Notes under the pieces: model-generated
The model's input: the letters and a program-made list of their open reading frames with translations, nothing else
What the model was told of the DNA's origin: nothing
Databases searched by the model: none
Program-made: the position numbers and the translations under genes
Source: a virus
Direction: 5' to 3' (one strand)
IMG/VR virus record: IMGVR_UViG_3300027747_002969
Coordinates: 1 to 64,000 of that record
DNA length: 64,000 bases
Part shown: piece after piece, positions 58,935 to 64,000 of the stretch
Numbering within the stretch: position 1 is the first letter of the stretch
Layout of the letters: the number at the start of each line of letters is the position of its first letter

Positions 58935-59285
58935 TTATTTGAATTTAGGTTGTTTTTTTGGAAGATTCTCCTCGTTTTCAACCATTTTTGCCGCTTCAAT
59001 TTCAATGTCTTCTATGAACTTGTTGGCCCATCTAGTTACATCACGTTTGATGCGGGTAAAATCAATGTTTAAACTGCAGGCATAGATGTCGCTGTCTTCA
59101 AATTTTATGTATTTCTGCTGTTCAATCATAGCTACAAAATCCTCCGCGCTAATACGGAATTTGGCACCATTTTTGGTAACAATTACAGCATCTTTTATGT
59201 ACTTGGTAGGGGGCGGATCACTTTCTAATATTAGATTATCAAATATCGTATTCCACCAATCCATACTTGATTTTGACCTACTCAT
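58935..59285 (-). CDS. Hypothetical protein
   Basis: TAAATA at 59315 (minus strand). Confidence 0.55.
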   Translation of the reverse strand: MSRSKSSMDWWNTIFDNLILESDPPPTKYIKDAVIVTKNGAKFRISAEDFVAMIEQQKYIKFEDSDIYACSLNIDFTRIKRDVTRWANKFIEDIEIEAAKMVENEENLPKKQPKFK

Positions 59286-59428
59286 GTTGACCAACCTTTC
59301 AGTTCTCTTGCATATATTTACCTGTTCCCAACCAGTTGAGTTTTTTTTTGGTCATAGTATTAGACTCACCTCATAAAAATTCATACATATTTTCATAAAA
59401 AAACCATTGATTCACAAGAGTTTAAAGT

Positions 59429-60478
59429 TTATTTTTCTAGTTCATTAAACATGATACTTAAAAAGTCAAAATCATTTATTTTAGAGAAATTACCATGATT
59501 GTTCAAGTACCAATCAACCGAATCCCTGCTGCCTCGACGGCACCAATCTGCATGTTGCGCGTTTGACTCCGTATTGGTCCAAGAGTTCAAACGATTTTGT
59601 GATTCCATATCATCTGGATTTATTTCTAAATTTCGCAACAATTTTACACATTCTCGAAATGCACTTTTCCATGTTTCAAATGGTGACGAATTAAAATGTG
59701 TGGTGGCTATGGTTTGATCTAAAATTTTGATTTGTCCGACGCTGGTTGTAAAGTCCAACCATCGGCCATTATAGGCCAGAACCTTGGCAGCAGGCCATAA
59801 TTTAACAGCACCATAACCATATTCAAGACTGTTGATGGGATTCCTGCTGTGCCAAATATGTATATAATTACGATCATACCTACTGGGTACATGGTCAAAA
59901 TGCCAGGTTTCATCTATGGTTGTATCCCCATCTACAGTCCAAAACATGCTAGTGGTTGACTGTTCTGCACAGGTACGATGTGCAAGGTCAATGCCTTTGA
60001 TTCCGTGTACTCGTTTGGCCATGGGAAATCTGGCCTGTAATCTTTTGAAGTTTTCGTCTGCATTTGGTTCGAGGTATGAAACAAAAAAGATATCAAACTG
60101 GTCAGCATAGGTAGAAGTTTGCTCATCGTGTGTTTTGATATTGGCTGGCAAACTGGTTAAATCAAAATTCATTGTGGTTTTGGCTAATTTGCGTGGCCAT
60201 AACTGTATACAACCATCTACTGCATCTGCTGTTCGTGGATGTCTAGCGCTCCATAGATGCAGATAATTTTGTTCATCACCTTCGGGCATAAATGAAAAAT
60301 TCCAGGAATTGTCAAAACTCAACTGCTCAGGCACTATCCACAGCATGCGCGTAAAGGCAGCACTGGCACAGCGTGATATATAATCATCTGACTTTGGCAT
60401 GCGTTTGGCATGTGGGAAGCAGGACTTTACTGAATGCCAATAGGTCTGATTGTCTGTAATGAAAAACAAATCATACAT
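59429..60478 (-). CDS. Glycosyltransferase-like protein (internally duplicated GT-A-like unit)
   Basis: FFVSY.EPNA, RVHGIKG...AH, WTVDGD (DxD), YGYGAVKL. Confidence 0.55.
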   Translation of the reverse strand: MYDLFFITDNQTYWHSVKSCFPHAKRMPKSDDYISRCASAAFTRMLWIVPEQLSFDNSWNFSFMPEGDEQNYLHLWSARHPRTADAVDGCIQLWPRKLAKTTMNFDLTSLPANIKTHDEQTSTYADQFDIFFVSYLEPNADENFKRLQARFPMAKRVHGIKGIDLAHRTCAEQSTTSMFWTVDGDTTIDETWHFDHVPSRYDRNYIHIWHSRNPINSLEYGYGAVKLWPAAKVLAYNGRWLDFTTSVGQIKILDQTIATTHFNSSPFETWKSAFRECVKLLRNLEINPDDMESQNRLNSWTNTESNAQHADWCRRGSRDSVDWYLNNHGNFSKINDFDFLSIMFNELEK

Positions 60479-61385
60479 TACGGGTGGCCATATAATGCGC
60501 TATCTCTTCGTTAGGCATCCAGGGCCTTGGTGGATTCATGTAAACACGTTTGAAAAACTTAGAATTTTCCGTCTGCATGGTTGTAATATCTAGACCTAAC
60601 TTGTATTTGAGATCTGACTCCAGACTTTGGCAACCTTGATGCGGATCGGTATCTTTGATATCCAACCAAAGTGCCTGCATTTGGTTATAGTTGCTGATAA
60701 TGGTATGATCCTCGTCACTGAACATGGCAAGACTAGACCCCATTCGTGCCCCATACATGGCCCAAATACCATGTTCAACGTCTTGGCCCACACTGGCCCA
60801 AATGCACAGGCGGTTAATGTTACCGTACCAAATTTTTTTATGGAAATCTCTCACAGCTACCTTTTGGCCGCGATCTAAACACATCTTCACACCTTCGCGA
60901 AAGCCACTGCGCCAGGCCTGCTGTGCACTGCCATTCACATGGCTGGTGCTGTAACAGCCACGTTGATCATGATAGCGAGAATCCCAGCAAAATTCCACAG
61001 CCTTTCTTGGATCTTCAGCATTCTCGTGGCTTTTCATCTGTCGCACAAATGCCTTGCTCCATAATTTCAATCCACCATTACCATATACCAGACCATTGAT
61101 ACTGTTGCGTCCTGCCCAGGTCCAAGCATGGTCTTTCTGATGATCCTCAATATCGATTTCAAGATTGAGAAATTCGGCATAAATCTCATTGTCGCCGTCG
61201 ACAGTTATAAAAAAATCCGTATCACTTGCATCGGCACAGGCTAGATGCGCTGTGTCAAAACCGCAAACGCCATGCACACGTTTTGCCCAAGGCACCCTAG
61301 CGAGCAAGTTGGCCCAGAGTAATTCTGCATTTGGTTCATCAAAACTGAGAAAAACAAAATCAAACGAATCCATTCTGTGTTTCAT
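60471..61385 (-). CDS. Glycosyltransferase-like protein, paralog of the 59429-60478 gene
   Basis: FLSFDEPNA, RVHGV.G...AH, TVDGD, YGNGGLK, AWRSGFREGVK. Confidence 0.55.
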   Translation of the reverse strand: MKHRMDSFDFVFLSFDEPNAELLWANLLARVPWAKRVHGVCGFDTAHLACADASDTDFFITVDGDNEIYAEFLNLEIDIEDHQKDHAWTWAGRNSINGLVYGNGGLKLWSKAFVRQMKSHENAEDPRKAVEFCWDSRYHDQRGCYSTSHVNGSAQQAWRSGFREGVKMCLDRGQKVAVRDFHKKIWYGNINRLCIWASVGQDVEHGIWAMYGARMGSSLAMFSDEDHTIISNYNQMQALWLDIKDTDPHQGCQSLESDLKYKLGLDITTMQTENSKFFKRVYMNPPRPWMPNEEIAHYMATRNV

Positions 61386-61388
61386 AGG

Positions 61389-61841
61389 TCATCCTAGATA
61401 AAAACTATAGAGGTGGTGATTTTCTACTGCTAATGATATTTTATTGTGGTGTGCAGCACAATCCGATAGATCCCAACTGGCAATTAACCAACTGGGATCA
61501 TTCTGTTTGGTCATATAGAGCATTTTTTTTCTAGTTTGGTCATCGTGAGTAATACAGACCAAATTCTTTTGCAGAGATATTGGGTCATTTATGTATTCAT
61601 CACAAGGATCTATTAGGCTACAAAATGACTCTAGTTTGGTAGTTGCTATTTTTGGACGAATGGCCAGAGTTGGATTTGACGGTATATTTGTTACAAACCA
61701 GTCCTGTAGTCTAACTCTGCCGTTCATAAAATCTTCTGCTAGTGAAATGTCAATTGCAATGCTTTGGCCAATGATTTCACGCCAGGAAACTTTTTTGATG
61801 TCGCCTGTCTGCTGATCATAGATTAACCATGCTACGATCAT
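61389..61841 (-). CDS. Hypothetical protein
   Basis: ORF in the minus-strand operon. Confidence 0.55.
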   Translation of the reverse strand: MIVAWLIYDQQTGDIKKVSWREIIGQSIAIDISLAEDFMNGRVRLQDWFVTNIPSNPTLAIRPKIATTKLESFCSLIDPCDEYINDPISLQKNLVCITHDDQTRKKMLYMTKQNDPSWLIASWDLSDCAAHHNKISLAVENHHLYSFYLG

Positions 61842-62710
61842 GCCAGTAGTCCTTCGTAGGTTTTCAGCATGGCATCAGTTAAAAAGTCTTTGACATGATA
61901 GTGTAGAGGGTAAAACTGCGCATGGTTGCCAATTTTGAGATTGGCGTTGGCATTGAGAAATACTTTTATGTGTTTTCTCCAGTCTTCTGAAATGTTGTCA
62001 ATGTTCCAACCCTGTAGTTGGCTTTTCATGTGTACGAATGTTGGAGTAGCATTTGGTGTTGTGTTGGTTTGATCTAGATCTAATATTTTCATTGCCAGTG
62101 CAAAAGCTACATCTGTACTAAAATGTGTTGGCCGCGTATTTGGTTCAAGAAAGTTTTCAAAGAACCTTTCCCAGTTCCATGTAATCATCTTGGTCAAATT
62201 GAAAAACTCATAGGCTTCTGACGTTTTTCTAAAATATGTAAATGCTGTGTAGATGTTGGGCAATCGGTTTGCTGTGAACACCTTGCGATAGTAGTCGTCG
62301 GTAATGGGATTGCTGCGCCAGTCCAGCACTGTGTTGACAAATGACACAGACTGCTGGCGTTGGCCAAGTTGTTGCCAAACTGCATCAATGTCTGAAAAAA
62401 ACAACATGTCACTGTCGAGTTTTATGGTTTCATCGTATGGTGTCATCCAAATTGATTTCCATTCGTTTTGCAATTTCCAGTCGCTTTGTTCTGAATCATC
62501 GCCCCAGGGGATTTCAACTATTTCATCAAATGCCCATTTATAACGATCTTCAACTTGGGTACCAGGTGTGATGCCGATGCTGAGTCTGCTGATATTACTT
62601 TGGCTGTATTTTAGGCTCAAGGCAAGACCATATGCCAATCTTACATAGTCAACTGAGTTGGTATTTTGTGCGATAGTAAAAAATCCGCGCGATATTTCAG
62701 TTGGTGGCAT
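61838..62710 (-). CDS. GT-A (GT8-like) glycosyltransferase-like protein
   Basis: TPYDETIKLDSD (DxD), HMK, HYH. Confidence 0.6.
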   Translation of the reverse strand: MPPTEISRGFFTIAQNTNSVDYVRLAYGLALSLKYSQSNISRLSIGITPGTQVEDRYKWAFDEIVEIPWGDDSEQSDWKLQNEWKSIWMTPYDETIKLDSDMLFFSDIDAVWQQLGQRQQSVSFVNTVLDWRSNPITDDYYRKVFTANRLPNIYTAFTYFRKTSEAYEFFNLTKMITWNWERFFENFLEPNTRPTHFSTDVAFALAMKILDLDQTNTTPNATPTFVHMKSQLQGWNIDNISEDWRKHIKVFLNANANLKIGNHAQFYPLHYHVKDFLTDAMLKTYEGLLA

Positions 62711-63575
62711 AATTTATGATCCTTTCTGCAACACGTCCTATGCTCCATTTATTCATGACATGCACATTGGTGTTGACCTTGTGTAGTTTGAACTCGCCTT
62801 GTCGTGCTTCGCTGGTAAAAAATACCGTGCCTTGATCAAAAGCTGCTATATCATCGTTTTCGGTGGCAAACATCAATTGCTTGTTGGGTAGGTTTTTAAC
62901 AGTGTCGCCTTCAAACTGTGCATTCATCATGTGGATGGCAATACTCAGAGCGTAGTCATTGCGGAAATAATCGCCCGGTGGGACTTTGTAGAGACTTTGA
63001 TAGTATCGATAGTTGTGTTTGATAAATTTGATCAAATCAAATAGACATTTGGTCTTGTCTGTCTTTTTGAAATACATGACTGTGGCCCAATACAACGGTA
63101 TGCTCATGTTATTGAACCGTTTGTCAAATCCGCCTAAATCTTCTATATGATTGAGATCACAAACTGATTTATTGACCAAAATTTCTTCAGTTGATCCCCA
63201 GACCGCATCTAGGCTGTTGTCTAATACCAAAAAATCTGCATCGATCAACAGAGTTTCATCAAATGGACTCAATACAAAACTATCAGATCTATTGGTATTA
63301 TAATAAGGTGCTGTTTTTTTAGTATACCTAGTGTCGTGAAAACTGCGGTTTGGCACATTTCGATCAATGTCTGTAATAATTATGTGGTCAAAAACATGAT
63401 TGACTAGATCTTCACCATGTGTTTTGATCATCCAAAATAAGGTATCTTGTGATGTGGCCACGGCAGTAGATTGTTCTTTAAGATGCTTTTTAATCAATAG
63501 ACTGGAGCAAATGGCCATGGTACCATAGTCTATTTCTAAATTATTGTAGGCATGTATCAAATATCCGCGGCTCAT
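62697..63575 (-). CDS. GT-A (GT8-like) glycosyltransferase-like protein
   Basis: SPFDETLLIDAD (DxD), FRNDYA, HVMNK. Confidence 0.6.
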   Translation of the reverse strand: MSRGYLIHAYNNLEIDYGTMAICSSLLIKKHLKEQSTAVATSQDTLFWMIKTHGEDLVNHVFDHIIITDIDRNVPNRSFHDTRYTKKTAPYYNTNRSDSFVLSPFDETLLIDADFLVLDNSLDAVWGSTEEILVNKSVCDLNHIEDLGGFDKRFNNMSIPLYWATVMYFKKTDKTKCLFDLIKFIKHNYRYYQSLYKVPPGDYFRNDYALSIAIHMMNAQFEGDTVKNLPNKQLMFATENDDIAAFDQGTVFFTSEARQGEFKLHKVNTNVHVMNKWSIGRVAERIINYATN

Positions 63576-63940
63576 TAATTATTGCCTTTGACTATTTCTG
63601 AAAATTGTTCAGCAGTTGATCTAGCCTTGCGCAGGTTATTGTATTCTAGATTATAATAGTTAGTGGCATTAAAATAGCGATCCAGTAGTTCATCGCGGAA
63701 TGTTTCAAGATCAGTAATTTCAATAGGATTACCGTTTTCATCTATCAATACTACTGATTGCCAACCTCTATCTATGATCATCTGCATGAAAGTTATCAAT
63801 TCACGAGATGCTTTGAACAGCCCGCCATTGATGGCCATGGTGATCATGGTGTCAACTTTTATTTTGAGATTTTCTTTGATATTAATGAGATTCAAACGTA
63901 GGTTTGATGCATCTAATGCCTTCTGCAGTCGCTCGTCCAT
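63575..63940 (-). CDS. Hypothetical protein
   Basis: RBS aaggagg; MDERLQKALD, LIDENGNP. Confidence 0.65.
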   Translation of the reverse strand: MDERLQKALDASNLRLNLINIKENLKIKVDTMITMAINGGLFKASRELITFMQMIIDRGWQSVVLIDENGNPIEITDLETFRDELLDRYFNATNYYNLEYNNLRKARSTAEQFSEIVKGNN

Positions 63941-64000
63941 AAAATACCTCCTTGATTATTGTTAATAATTTTGACAATAATAGCAAGTTTTATAGCCGGC

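Overview
A gene-dense 64-kb segment of a large (jumbo, T4-like) lytic phage genome in the standard genetic code. The host is probably Gram-negative (spanin pair), possibly alphaproteobacterial (inference). Left to right: radical SAM gene; lysis cassette (holin, spanins, exported nuclease); collagen-like/LamG fibre genes with an S53 protease; heme oxygenase plus bilin reductase; a ~450-nt structured non-coding tract; DNA ligase; UvsE; a block of likely capsid-packaged enzymes including two nucleotidyltransferases; GalE; a family B DNA polymerase; sliding clamp; a 7-deazaguanine DNA-modification cluster; RNase H; MoxR/VWA pair; MazG; RNA ligase; HNH nuclease; ThyX; and a glycosyltransferase-like block. 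The clearest discovery is the polymerase, which is interrupted three ways: a gene split at the fingers tip, an ORF-less group I intron in motif B (26360-26613), and a cysteine-free naturally split intein in motif C whose halves flank a decayed homing-endonuclease remnant. The deazaguanine cluster (FolE, QueD, QueE, DpdA/TGT-like, DpdL-like, glycosyltransferase) contains an inserted YhhQ transporter / methyltransferase / acyl-CoA-ligase trio and is the second candidate for an undescribed system. All calls come from motif recognition by eye; no database searches were run.
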